The translations under genes were made by a program, and so were the position numbers. Below, one piece after another: positions 9,410 through 18,895 of a DNA stretch of 64,000 nt (within the stretch, counting starts at the first letter, position 1; the number at the start of each line of letters is the position of its first letter). The stretch is taken from positions 1 to 64,000 of IMG/VR virus record IMGVR_UViG_3300031753_000002; one strand, written 5' to 3'. The notes under the pieces are model-generated. The model ran no database searches and had not been told where the DNA came from. It saw only the letters and a program-made list of their open reading frames with translations. Origin of the DNA: a virus.

Positions 9410-10847
9410 CGGTCGCCAACAATAAGTCTCGTAATCCTCTTCCACTTACACTGTCCGCAAGCGTTGCTTTAGAGTCAACTATGGCCCAATTTCTATCGTC
9501 CACCGTGCCGGGCGTCGTGATTCGTACGATGCTCACTGTCTTGCCGCCCTTCACAGTCGCCCGTTCCTCCGATTGCCTGATTCGAATCGCATCCGGAATT
9601 GATGAAAAGTATATAACCGCATCTGCGGCCGAAAAGTCAAGCCCCTCGCCCCCGGCGCCCGGCTGGCCGACCTGGACTAGCTTACGCGGATTGTTCTGGA
9701 ATGCGAGTCGAGTCGGCTCGCGCTGGTCCTGCGGCACACCGCCATGGTACTCCAAGATGCTGTTCTTGTACCCATGGGATTGCAGGAACAAGACCACGCG
9801 GCGAATATCCTCCCGATAGCGGCACCACACAAGCGACTTGCCGGGAAGCGTCCCGTCTACTTGCTCTTTCAGCGCCCAATAAATCGGTGCGTCCGGGTCC
9901 ACCGTCACGATGCACCCATCCTTCATCATGTAGCCGTTGATGATTTGCTGTAGCTTCTGGACGCGGGCGCCCCCGTCGAGCGCTTCGACCTCGGTGCCCT
10001 CAATCTCGACAAGATGGTGGGAGACCATGGTCAGGTAGGCGCGTCGCTGAACCTCGCTCATGATGACCGGCCGCTCAGTCCGAATCAGCGCCGGCATATC
10101 GTGAAGCTCGCTGCGTAGGACGACAGAAGACCACGGAGCGAGCCGACTGCGCAATTCATCCATGTTTTTGTACTCGGCGAGCTTCCAATAATCCCGCCCG
10201 GAGTTGCGCTTCTGTTTCTCATATGTGGCATAGCGCGCCTGGAATTCGGTAAATGTTCGGAAGCCAAGCGCTTCCTTTTCGAGTAATTCGTATTGTGAAA
10301 AGGCCCTCAGAGGGCTGTTCAGCAATGGCGTTCCACTCTCGATCGTGCAGAATGTGGCGTGACGGGCGAGGCTACGGGCACGGAACGTACGTTTCGCCCC
10401 TGGCCGGCCAAAGTGGTGCGCCTCCGAAACAATCATCATGAACTTGCGATTGCAGGCTTTCAGAAACTCTCGAACGGCCTTTCTATTGTCATGATGTTCC
10501 AAAGCCTCTATATTAATCGCGAACCATTTGAGACCGCGGTGCGCCAGCAATGCACGCCACTTGTCAATCTGTGCGTTGTCGGCGCGGCGCCCTGTTTGCC
10601 ATGCGAAGCCTACGTGGCGCCCGTTCTCAGGCCACGCCCATTTAGGAACCTCATTTTGAATCCAATTGATATGCACGCCGTTCGGGGCGATGATGATGAC
10701 GCCTTCGATCGCGCCCTTACCATGTTGCCAACACGCCTTATCGATGCACGCCTTGCTTTTTCCTGAGCGCATCGGCCATATCAAAGCGCGAGATTTCTTC
10801 TCGCGATGGCGCTTGAATTCACGGGCTTGGTGAGGCCAGTCTTTCAT
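9402..10847 (-). CDS. SNF2-family (SF2) DNA helicase
   Basis: MRSGKS Walker A, SEAHH Walker B variant, SGTP, GGEGLDF, QSEERA. Confidence 0.88.
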   Translation of the reverse strand: MKDWPHQAREFKRHREKKSRALIWPMRSGKSKACIDKACWQHGKGAIEGVIIIAPNGVHINWIQNEVPKWAWPENGRHVGFAWQTGRRADNAQIDKWRALLAHRGLKWFAINIEALEHHDNRKAVREFLKACNRKFMMIVSEAHHFGRPGAKRTFRARSLARHATFCTIESGTPLLNSPLRAFSQYELLEKEALGFRTFTEFQARYATYEKQKRNSGRDYWKLAEYKNMDELRSRLAPWSSVVLRSELHDMPALIRTERPVIMSEVQRRAYLTMVSHHLVEIEGTEVEALDGGARVQKLQQIINGYMMKDGCIVTVDPDAPIYWALKEQVDGTLPGKSLVWCRYREDIRRVVLFLQSHGYKNSILEYHGGVPQDQREPTRLAFQNNPRKLVQVGQPGAGGEGLDFSAADAVIYFSSIPDAIRIRQSEERATVKGGKTVSIVRITTPGTVDDRNWAIVDSKATLADSVSGRGLRDLLLATDV

Positions 10848-11043
10848 GGGGCACCTTGCACGCGTCTAGGAACGTGTCGCGTTTGAATCCGCCGGCTCCG
10901 CGCTCGCCCGCCAATTCGTCGGCGAGATGGTTCGCTATATACCGGCGGAGCGCTTCGCCGTCAACCGGGAGAGTCCCTCGGTTGCATCGCTTTTCAGCCT
11001 CACGAAGCACTCGAGCAATCAAATCATAATCGCGTCGATTCAT
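10819..11043 (-). CDS. Hypothetical protein
   Basis: MNRRDYDLIARVL...F.RD.FLDAC, a pattern typical of small phage proteins. Confidence 0.6.
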   Translation of the reverse strand: MNRRDYDLIARVLREAEKRCNRGTLPVDGEALRRYIANHLADELAGERGAGGFKRDTFLDACKVPHERLASPSP

Positions 11044-11051
11044 TTCTTCGC

Positions 11052-11903
11052 CTATCCGATGTAGAGGTTAAACCTACCATGCACCCATTTCCAGGCGGGG
11101 GCTGGTGACGGCGCCGCGTTCCGATCGCGCTCAAGCATTCCGTCCGGAGAGCGCAGCTTGACGCGGCCGACACCGCCGCGGAGGTCAACCTCGATCACGT
11201 CCTCAATAACCGGATCGTCGGACGACGCCACCGCCGATTGCAAACTCGGAAAGAAGCGCCAGTCATCGCGGAGATATTGGTGCTGCTTGTCGTACACCGC
11301 ATACGAGTATGCGGCATAGAGCATCAAGAATTGCTGTTCAGCCCAAGCGGAGGTCCAGGGCTTGATTCGAATTCCGAGAGGTTTACCGGCGTGTTCCCAA
11401 TCGTTGCCGCTAGGATACATAAGCTGCGCCCGTTCGTCATGGATGATGCGACTGTCGATTTCATCCTGCCAAGGTGGGAACGGAATCGACTCCATGCCGA
11501 GCCACGACCGCACGACCATTTGAATGTCGTACTCAAGCCCGCGGAAATCCGGGAGGTACTGCTTGATCGGACGCTGCAAGTCCACAAGGTAAGCTTCGGC
11601 CGCGTCATGCATCAGGATTTGCAGGCAGTCGAGCGCGCTGGCCTTGAGAACATTCTGAGCGTAGTTCGCGAGCAAGCAACAGTGCTGTGCTGTCGGATAG
11701 AAAATATTCGTGTGTCCGCCATAGCGCGCCTGATTCGATAAGGCATGGGCGATATCGATGATCGTGACCATCGCCGGGTCCGGCGTCAGGATTTTGAACG
11801 GCCGCCCGGTGTAAGTCTCGATATAGTCGCACGCCGTGTATGCGGTGTCAGTCACTTTTGGTAGGTGCGCCACGGGATAAGCACGAGGCAGCATTCTAAT
11901 CAC
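11052..11903 (-). CDS. HD-domain phosphohydrolase (YfbR-like 5'-deoxynucleotidase)
   Basis: DIAHALSNQARYGGH...AQH...LMHDAAEAYLVDL..PIK. Confidence 0.8.
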   Translation of the reverse strand: MIRMLPRAYPVAHLPKVTDTAYTACDYIETYTGRPFKILTPDPAMVTIIDIAHALSNQARYGGHTNIFYPTAQHCCLLANYAQNVLKASALDCLQILMHDAAEAYLVDLQRPIKQYLPDFRGLEYDIQMVVRSWLGMESIPFPPWQDEIDSRIIHDERAQLMYPSGNDWEHAGKPLGIRIKPWTSAWAEQQFLMLYAAYSYAVYDKQHQYLRDDWRFFPSLQSAVASSDDPVIEDVIEVDLRGGVGRVKLRSPDGMLERDRNAAPSPAPAWKWVHGRFNLYIG

Positions 11904-12336
11904 CTGTTGAACCTAAGCCGCCTGCGCCTCGCTCTGTCTCCGACAGAATTCGGCTTGATATGACTCGCACTCTGGTCACGGGACTGATCACCAATTGAGC
12001 GATTCGAGCGCCTCGAATGATTTGGTAAGGGCCGGTCCCTAAATTGATCAACTGACAGAAAATCTCCCCACGGTAGTCAGAATCGATTGTTCCCGGAGCA
12101 TTAACGATCGAAATTCCGTACTTAGCGGCAAGCCCTGACCGTGGTCTTACTTGACCTTCGAAACCCGAAGGAATTTCAACCACTACACCCGTAGGAACAA
12201 GATAACTCTGAGTTGGCGCTAGCACGATACGCTCTCCGGCCTTTACAGCCGCGTAAAGGTCAAGACCAGAAGCTCCAGCGCTTTGATATTTTGGAACATG
12301 CCAGCTATGGGGCAACAACATCATTTTCAGGTTCAT
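11896..12336 (-). CDS. dut: dUTPase
   Basis: ASGLDL, LVPTG, RPRSGLA, GTIDSDYRGE, RIAQLV, RGAGGLGSTG. Confidence 0.95.
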   Translation of the reverse strand: MNLKMMLLPHSWHVPKYQSAGASGLDLYAAVKAGERIVLAPTQSYLVPTGVVVEIPSGFEGQVRPRSGLAAKYGISIVNAPGTIDSDYRGEIFCQLINLGTGPYQIIRGARIAQLVISPVTRVRVISSRILSETERGAGGLGSTGD

Positions 12337-14288
12337 AGATCACATCCTCCCGCAGTGCATGTCAGCTCTTGACTCCCGCTTGTCGAATCGTTTTCTTCAT
12401 ATCTTGGCAATGCGCTCCAGTCAATAGCGGGAATCTTAGATGTTAAAGCTGTATATTCAGCCTCCGTCAAATCCTGGTATGGAGCTTGTTCGTAAATATG
12501 ATCGGAGTTTGGCAAGAACGATACACCGCTCATATATTCGAAATTATCGAATACCCATGCACCGACGCGAAGCCACTCATGATCCTTCACACTAACCGTG
12601 ATCGATGGTTTATGGTCGGTCCAATACATTTGATAAAGCAACCATATTTTCAGTTGGCTGATAGCATCTCTGTCGTCACGAGTCAACGCTCCCCCAGGCG
12701 AACGCTGTGGAAACGAGAACACCCAATTATGATCTGGACGCATCTTGTCGGATTCATATGGCATGCCCGCATCGATCATGAGCGCCGCAACCGGGTCTTT
12801 TTTGTCAGACCTGATGCGCCTCAAATAATACGCAGAATGGCGTCCATGGATACCGGCAGCCGCATTCACTAAGGATGAAACTGTTCCGCTTGGTTTAACG
12901 CACGTCGAAGCTGTTGCCGAATGGATTCCGAGTGCCTTAGCCTGCGCAATATTTACCCTGATGACCTCACTGCGAAGAGCGGTCAGCCAGTCTTTTAATA
13001 ATGTTTCACCCTGTCGGCCCGACATTATGTTATGATCCATTTGACCTGTGAGGGACACCCCGAGAAGACGTTCATCTTCTGCGTTGAATTGCCATTTCTT
13101 CGGTAAGAACCGATAATTTGTCAAGGTCGATTGAAAGGTTCCAAGTATCGTCGCCGCTTTAGCCTTACGTAGTAAGTCATCCAATGTATCAGTTGCCCGC
13201 ACGACGATTTCTGTCAAATTACATACCTCGCGGTCCCGCAGAAGGATTTCAGAGCATGGATTGCAGCCCCATTCGTGGTCTAGATCACGATAGCGAATGC
13301 CATCTACACCACCAAAATTCAGCTTACGAAAAGCATTGCTGCGTTCAATGACGTTTCGTGCCGCGAAGCGTGAGAAAATTCCGCGTTCTCCGCTCTTAGA
13401 CTCGTATAGAGCCAGCCACTCATGCATGAACACATCCATCGACGGACGCCGATCAGTGTAGACTGCTGAATTATTAGCCAAAGACCTCCACGGCGTCATA
13501 GTCCACCATTGCCCGCTTTTAGCAGCTCGCATGCGATCGTCTGATAAGTTAGACAACGATATCAGAGCTGATCGCCTTACTCCACCGACTACAACAGCCT
13601 CTCCGATCATACATATAAGATCATGACATTCGATTGATGTGAGCTTTCGACCGACCGCTTGACGAAATATAGTGATGGCAAAGCTCAATAGCCGTCGCAA
13701 AGGCTCCGGACCAGAAGCCCGACCACCGAATATTCGGAGAATAGTACCTGCCGGCCGCACCCTGGAAAGATCGAGTCTCGGTATAGACCCGTTATATAGC
13801 ATCGTGATCAATTCATGCAGCGCTTTGGCCCACCCTATTTTAGAATCTGAGACTACGATGGTCGTATCGGAGTCATAGAGCTTCTCCGGAACCTCTGGCA
13901 ATTTTGAAATGAACTGTCTCTCGACAGAGAAACCAACTCCGGTTCCCACCATAAGAACATAAAGAATCTCCGAGAACGTTCGCGGCGAATCAACCATAAG
14001 GAATGAACAGTTAAAACCCGCCATCTCGTCGCGAGCTAAAGCTGCCCCGGCACTCATTAGGCAGCGCATCGATGGCATTACGCCGAGCATCATAACCTCA
14101 ATCCTCAACGCATCCAAGAGTTCCGAAGGCAGAATATACCCGCATCGATCTTTCAAATGCGCAGCCATAAAATCAAAATACCGATTAACCGTTTCAGGCC
14201 AAGTCTCGCGGCGTTTCTGATCATGCAGATATCGTGCATATCGGGAGATATACACATAATTCTGGAATTCAGTCGGGAATCTGGTCAT
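12333..14288 (-). CDS. nrdJ: Class II (B12-dependent, monomeric-type) ribonucleotide reductase
   Basis: PSMR, FNCS, GGVRRSALISLS, NPCSEI, CNLTE, TCVKPSGTVS, C-terminal CTAGGC; no adjacent beta subunit. Confidence 0.92.
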   Translation of the reverse strand: MTRFPTEFQNYVYISRYARYLHDQKRRETWPETVNRYFDFMAAHLKDRCGYILPSELLDALRIEVMMLGVMPSMRCLMSAGAALARDEMAGFNCSFLMVDSPRTFSEILYVLMVGTGVGFSVERQFISKLPEVPEKLYDSDTTIVVSDSKIGWAKALHELITMLYNGSIPRLDLSRVRPAGTILRIFGGRASGPEPLRRLLSFAITIFRQAVGRKLTSIECHDLICMIGEAVVVGGVRRSALISLSNLSDDRMRAAKSGQWWTMTPWRSLANNSAVYTDRRPSMDVFMHEWLALYESKSGERGIFSRFAARNVIERSNAFRKLNFGGVDGIRYRDLDHEWGCNPCSEILLRDREVCNLTEIVVRATDTLDDLLRKAKAATILGTFQSTLTNYRFLPKKWQFNAEDERLLGVSLTGQMDHNIMSGRQGETLLKDWLTALRSEVIRVNIAQAKALGIHSATASTCVKPSGTVSSLVNAAAGIHGRHSAYYLRRIRSDKKDPVAALMIDAGMPYESDKMRPDHNWVFSFPQRSPGGALTRDDRDAISQLKIWLLYQMYWTDHKPSITVSVKDHEWLRVGAWVFDNFEYMSGVSFLPNSDHIYEQAPYQDLTEAEYTALTSKIPAIDWSALPRYEENDSTSGSQELTCTAGGCDL

Positions 14289-14291
14289 TTT

Positions 14292-14618
14292 TCAAATACC
14301 CTCTAGCTTATCAAAGGCCCGCATCAGTTCCTCGGCTAGGCTTGATCCGGTGAGAGAATCGAGCACAACGAAAGAGAGTTCGCCACCTTCGTCATCGAGC
14401 AACATCAATCGCATCTTCTGGCCGGGCAGGTCAACATCAACGCGGACATCCTGCGCGGGAAAAACATCCCCGGATTCCAGAGCTTGTTCATTTCGCCCGA
14501 GCCGGCGCACCGCATCGGATGCAAGCTTCAAGACCATTTGATAGCAGGGCTCAAGGTCGTCCGCGCGTCGAATACGGTCCAGCCGGCGCGCGAGAGTTTG
14601 CGCAGTAGGGTCCATCAT
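14292..14618 (-). CDS. Hypothetical protein
   Basis: ATGA overlap with the polymerase stop. Confidence 0.55.
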   Translation of the reverse strand: MMDPTAQTLARRLDRIRRADDLEPCYQMVLKLASDAVRRLGRNEQALESGDVFPAQDVRVDVDLPGQKMRLMLLDDEGGELSFVVLDSLTGSSLAEELMRAFDKLEGI

Positions 14619-17600
14619 TTTCGCAACCGGTGCCCTATCCAGCCTTCCGCCGCAATGGGCATCCCAGGCGCCCACCCCACGTCAGCCGCCATCATGGCTT
14701 CGAATTCCTTGACTGTGGCCGTGCCGATGGGGGCCTCGGCTATGACCTCGTCATGTATCGACAAGAGTAAGTCGAAATCGGGTTCCATGTCAACCCGGAA
14801 CATGGCCTCGGCCAATAAATCACGCGAAGACGCCTGATCCGCGTTTTCCACCAAAGTTCCGCCATGCGTGCCGCACCGCTGCCACTGCTTCGTGATGATA
14901 TTGCGGCCCATGAAACTCAGGTGTGGCGAGAGAAAATTCTCAGGTGGGTCCTGCGTCAGCCGCTTGCGCTGCTTATCAGCTAGCTTCTCGGCATGGTAGC
15001 GGGCGCTCGCTGTCGAGACGCCGATCTTCGCCTGGAAATTAACCTTGCACGGCTTGCTGCGCTCATTGATGGCGTTGAAGCGCCATGTGCATCGCGTATG
15101 AACCTCCGGATACAGATAGGCGAGTAATCGACCACTCGGCAGGCGGCAATGCAGGAAAGGGCCGGACACAAAATAGCTGACGGCGCCGATGCCTGTTTCG
15201 TCGCCTCCCGCGTAGCGCTCGCCACCAAGCATCACAGCATCGATCGCCGCGGCGTTGTAGTCTTTCCACAACCTGGGGACCTCGGGGCACTTGTCCTTGC
15301 GATAGACCTTCACGACCATCTGACAGAATTCGTCTTCAAGCCATATGCCTTCTTCTGCCCAAACGGTAGCCTGGAATTTCTCCCATCCCATGGAGTTATG
15401 AACGATCATAGGACCATCACAGGTCAAAATCATATATCGATTCCGTGGCCCTGAATCGATTAAATCATATACTTTTTCCTTTCTGCCGACGCGTATTTCT
15501 ACATTGCTCACTCCGAGTCGTGAAGCGAATATTGCCCGGCTCATAGCCGCAATCATTATCCCTTCGATCCATTTCAAGGTGTGAATCATCCCAACCTGGC
15601 AACGTCCGAATATGTCTGAGAAAAGCGGCTCGATCTTTGTACCAATCCAAGCAGACCTCGATCCCTCGGGCGCCGTAATCTTTGAATTTAGGATTTCGTG
15701 TGTTGTGGCATCGTCCGATTGCCGCGGATAATCGATTAAGGTGTCGTTCTCGGTGCTCACTTTCTGGCATTGCGGCTTTGTATGCCGCATGTCTTCGATC
15801 CGCTGCCGCATGTTTCGAACAGATGTTGCAACGCGTTGAGCGACCGGCGCGCCAATTCGCCAAATCGATTTGATGTTCCGGCGCTCCGCATTTGCACCGC
15901 ACCACGATCCGTTTGACGCCGTTGCGAGGACCGACGATATACCCAACAACGGTAAGGCTTCCTTGCCGGCTGCCAATGCGCGGGAGCGCAAGGTCTCGTT
16001 GGCGACCACTTTCCCGGCATGGTGGAACCGATCCTCGCACCATATGGGATGATCCATCGTCGAGAATGAATCGCCCAAATTCGTCACGGATTTTTCGCCG
16101 TTGCATACAAGTCCTTTATGACTCACCCATTCGATCCCATCCCATAGCATATCTGAATCGGCTTTGTCAATCCGAACCCATCCACGTTTCGTCAAGATAA
16201 GAGTGTCAGCGGCATGGCAATAGCCGAGACCAAGTATGGCTCGCTTGCCTAGAGCGCGCTTATCAGGATGATTGTTCTTGAACCACTTGATTTGCTCTTT
16301 GTCCGTGGCATCGCATTCCATCTTGTAGATGCCGCACGCCATATCGATATACGGGTCGCCGCCAGTTCGGAACAGAAGCAATTGCGATGCGCAACCAGAA
16401 AGCCACGCCAGTTTTCGGGCCTCGATTGCGTTGAAATCGGCGGCATAGAGTTCCTTTCCAGGCGACGCGACCAACGCGCCCCGACACGCCTTGGCAAGCG
16501 CGGGCAACGGCTCACCCCATATGAGCGTGATGTATTCGCGGTCTAACGTGAGAATGTCGTCCCACGCCTTGCACATATCCTTCGAATACCCGCGGACAAA
16601 GTTGTGAGGCTGTACGCCCTTGCCGGACCACCGGCCAGTTCGGTCGGCGCCGTTGTAGAGCATAATGTCGTGAAGGCGCCCGTCCGGGCACATCGATTCG
16701 ACCATCTGCTTATACTTGCTGACTGAGGTCCTGTTGACCTCAAGGCAGATTTCCAGCGCGCGATGCAGCGGCTCGCCGGCTTCGCCGAATTGTTCCCATT
16801 TTGCGTCAGTTGCCGGTCGTGCAGCATCCTTGGCTTCGTCACCGGCCTTCGTCGGCACACCGTATAACTCGAAGCTTAGCGTGTCGGCCTTGGTGTCGAG
16901 AAGCCCGACCGCTCCGGGATTTATCACTTGGATCGTTTCGTTAGCCCACTTTTTGAACACCGCTCGACGCGAACCGCGGTCAACTCGGCCGCCAGTGATT
17001 TCGAAAAGCTCCGAATTGAGCCTGTCAGTTTCGAGGCGGGCAAGTTCCAGCGCCTCTCGCGCCGCGGTTTCGTCGAGTAGGATGCCGCGCTGATTCATGC
17101 GGAAATCCATGCGCCAGTATTCTAGCTCTCTTTCTGTCATTTCGGGGCACCAATTGCTGTACTCGCGTTCGGTGCGCACGTCCTGTTTGCAGTAGTCCCA
17201 ATTGCGGCGATGCTCGATTTCTTCCTCGCAGAAACGAGCTATCTGCGGCTGACCGCGGCGGCGAGGCATCGGCTTACTGAGCTTGTTTATCAGTCGGCGC
17301 CCATCAACGAGCTTCTGGTTATCCAGGCCGATCGCCTTGGCCGCGTCACCGAGCGCGCGAGGCAGAGACATGCACGACCCTTTCGCAGCGGAGCACCGCA
17401 TTTGTTCTAAACGCAACGCCACGCGGAATTCCGGGAACTCGCGTAGGAGCGGGCCATTCCATATCGAGAACTCGAAATAGGAATTGTGAGCTTCGAAAAT
17501 CTCGCCGTCCGCGACGCGTTCGATTAATTCGAGAAAGTCAGGATCATCTTCAGGGGTCTTGTCAATCCAGGGATGACCACGATGCCAAAGTCTAATTCGA

Positions 17601-17722
17601 CCCTCTTGCCCGTAGGTCCAGCAGGCACAAAGAGCTTGAGTTTGATCATCGGTAGCGTAGCGTGTCGCCCCGAGCTTAATCAAGTCCACAACGCCCCGAG
17701 TCTCAAAATCAAAAAAGATCAT
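14615..17722 (-). CDS. polA: Family A DNA polymerase with 3'-5' exonuclease domain and an intein
   Basis: DFET (ExoI), AHNSYFE, YCKQDV, RTGRWSG, ADFNAIEAR (motif A), R..GK..ILGLGY (motif B), IHDEVI (motif C). Confidence 0.93.
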   Translation of the reverse strand: MIFFDFETRGVVDLIKLGATRYATDDQTQALCACWTYGQEGRIRLWHRGHPWIDKTPEDDPDFLELIERVADGEIFEAHNSYFEFSIWNGPLLREFPEFRVALRLEQMRCSAAKGSCMSLPRALGDAAKAIGLDNQKLVDGRRLINKLSKPMPRRRGQPQIARFCEEEIEHRRNWDYCKQDVRTEREYSNWCPEMTERELEYWRMDFRMNQRGILLDETAAREALELARLETDRLNSELFEITGGRVDRGSRRAVFKKWANETIQVINPGAVGLLDTKADTLSFELYGVPTKAGDEAKDAARPATDAKWEQFGEAGEPLHRALEICLEVNRTSVSKYKQMVESMCPDGRLHDIMLYNGADRTGRWSGKGVQPHNFVRGYSKDMCKAWDDILTLDREYITLIWGEPLPALAKACRGALVASPGKELYAADFNAIEARKLAWLSGCASQLLLFRTGGDPYIDMACGIYKMECDATDKEQIKWFKNNHPDKRALGKRAILGLGYCHAADTLILTKRGWVRIDKADSDMLWDGIEWVSHKGLVCNGEKSVTNLGDSFSTMDHPIWCEDRFHHAGKVVANETLRSRALAAGKEALPLLGISSVLATASNGSWCGANAERRNIKSIWRIGAPVAQRVATSVRNMRQRIEDMRHTKPQCQKVSTENDTLIDYPRQSDDATTHEILNSKITAPEGSRSAWIGTKIEPLFSDIFGRCQVGMIHTLKWIEGIMIAAMSRAIFASRLGVSNVEIRVGRKEKVYDLIDSGPRNRYMILTCDGPMIVHNSMGWEKFQATVWAEEGIWLEDEFCQMVVKVYRKDKCPEVPRLWKDYNAAAIDAVMLGGERYAGGDETGIGAVSYFVSGPFLHCRLPSGRLLAYLYPEVHTRCTWRFNAINERSKPCKVNFQAKIGVSTASARYHAEKLADKQRKRLTQDPPENFLSPHLSFMGRNIITKQWQRCGTHGGTLVENADQASSRDLLAEAMFRVDMEPDFDLLLSIHDEVIAEAPIGTATVKEFEAMMAADVGWAPGMPIAAEGWIGHRLRK
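15395..16219 (-). mobile_element. Intein (275 aa) in motif B of the DNA polymerase
   Basis: LGLGY|CHAADTLILTKRGW...TMDH...VYDL...IVHN|SMG: Cys1, block B TxxH, block F, terminal His-Asn, Ser+1. Confidence 0.92.
15465..16106 (-). mobile_element. HNH-type homing endonuclease encoded out of frame within the intein
   Basis: RCKCG...CNIC...RCHN.RN..FKDYGARGIEVC..W...MDRRDNDCGYEPGNIRFTTRSEQCRN; AAGGA RBS 5 nt upstream. Confidence 0.85.
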
Positions 17723-18135
17723 TTGGATTTCTCCAAATAATCAGCCATTCGCCGGAGTAGCTGTGGATCGTCTTTGACGCTGCCAAGAGTTAAGTTGCAC
17801 GCTCTACAAATCCAACCACGAAACCGCTTTGATGTATGGCAATGATCTAGCGCTAGAGATATGCGCTTGTCATAAAGCTCACACTTATCCGGCATCGGAC
17901 GATTTGGAATTTCACAACCCAAGCGACGCGCGATAATCTCGGGTCGCTTTCGATAAGCCTGTTGTTTCTCTCTATACCCGGAGTCATTGTTATAGTTGGT
18001 TTTCATCCAGGTTCGGTGCTTTTCTTTTACATCTGGACGCTGATTATAAATTATTCTTTTTGCTCGATACCGCTGAGCATAGAACTGGCGTTTTCGTTCT
18101 ATCATCTGATCGTATGAGAGGCCAAGAGATCGCAT
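17719..18135 (-). mobile_element. Endonuclease VII-family homing endonuclease, possibly degenerate
   Basis: LDHCHTSKRFRGWICRACNLTLG..KDD...LRRMADYL; the first CxxC reads CELY; AT-rich DNA. Confidence 0.8.
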
Positions 18136-18620
18136 CAATACAGCGATGGATAGACGTAGCAGAACACATCGCGTCCAGTGGAGGTCATCCAAACCCAGCC
18201 GTGCCCCGTTATATTCGGATGCGCCGGGTCCGGCGGAACAATGCGGTCCTTCGGAATGAGGATGCGCGTGCCGGCCGGGATGCGAGTCTTGCAATCGCGT
18301 TCGCCGTCATTCTGACAATATGGCTGTTCGGCCTCTGCCGCGGCGGCCTTTTCCGGGGTGTCGCCCTCAGTGATGATCGCCCAAAGCTCGCCGCCCTGCG
18401 TATCCAGTTCGTCGGCCTCATAGGCATCGGCCGGACCGCAGCACGAATCGTGATTCCAATCGCCGGTCCATGGGCGCGTATTTGGCCGCTTCTGATTTGA
18501 GAGGAAATCTCTTGTCGCGTCGGCGATCCTATCCCAGGCGCCGGGATAGAGCGGACGCGCGGGTGCGTAAACGACTCCGATCACGAGACAGACCACAGTG
18601 CATATCGACAACACTTTCAT
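18135..18620 (-). CDS. Exported protein with a CC motif
   Basis: Signal-peptide-like N-terminus; SCCGPADAY...G.GWVW...VFCY. Confidence 0.65.
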   Translation of the reverse strand: MKVLSICTVVCLVIGVVYAPARPLYPGAWDRIADATRDFLSNQKRPNTRPWTGDWNHDSCCGPADAYEADELDTQGGELWAIITEGDTPEKAAAAEAEQPYCQNDGERDCKTRIPAGTRILIPKDRIVPPDPAHPNITGHGWVWMTSTGRDVFCYVYPSLY

Positions 18621-18811
18621 TGAGCTATCCTCAAAACCGGCTGTAGAAACTCGGTCAAGGCAGTTTTGATTTCCTCGCGGGCATCCTTTACCCGTTCGAA
18701 ATTCTTGGCCGGGCGCTTCGTGTCCATCACGGACACTGCGGTTGCTAGCGTGAGGCTTTCGATCGCCTCTGTCAAGCGCTCGATCTTGGTGTTGGTCGGC
18801 TCAATAGCCAT
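18617..18811 (-). CDS. Hypothetical protein
   Basis: AAGGT RBS; 64-aa helical ORF. Confidence 0.55.
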   Translation of the reverse strand: MAIEPTNTKIERLTEAIESLTLATAVSVMDTKRPAKNFERVKDAREEIKTALTEFLQPVLRIAQ

Positions 18812-18825
18812 GGATTTACCTTTGC

Positions 18826-18890
18826 TTTTGCACCGGGGAGAAAATCAGGCCGCAACCTGATTCCGCAAGGAAATCTCCCCGGCGCAAAAA
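18826..18890. promoter_or_regulatory. Branched intergenic RNA structure downstream of the SSB gene (terminator or processing site)
   Basis: Outer stem TTTTGCACCGGGGAGA / TCTCCCCGGCGCAAAA enclosing ATCAGG/CCTGAT and TCC-GCAA-GGA hairpins. Confidence 0.55.
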
Positions 18891-18895
18891 CCTCT

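Noticed and set aside
3130-11903. Z-genome (2-aminoadenine) pathway
   Set aside because: DUF5664-like and HD hydrolase genes are present, but no PurZ is visible in the window.
9380-16106. RDANGRF and RDEFGRF at the N-termini of two endonucleases as members of the tag family
   Set aside because: They resemble the RDxxGRF core but lack the preceding P/E and the His; such short motifs are common at nuclease N-termini. Not counted, though a link cannot be excluded.
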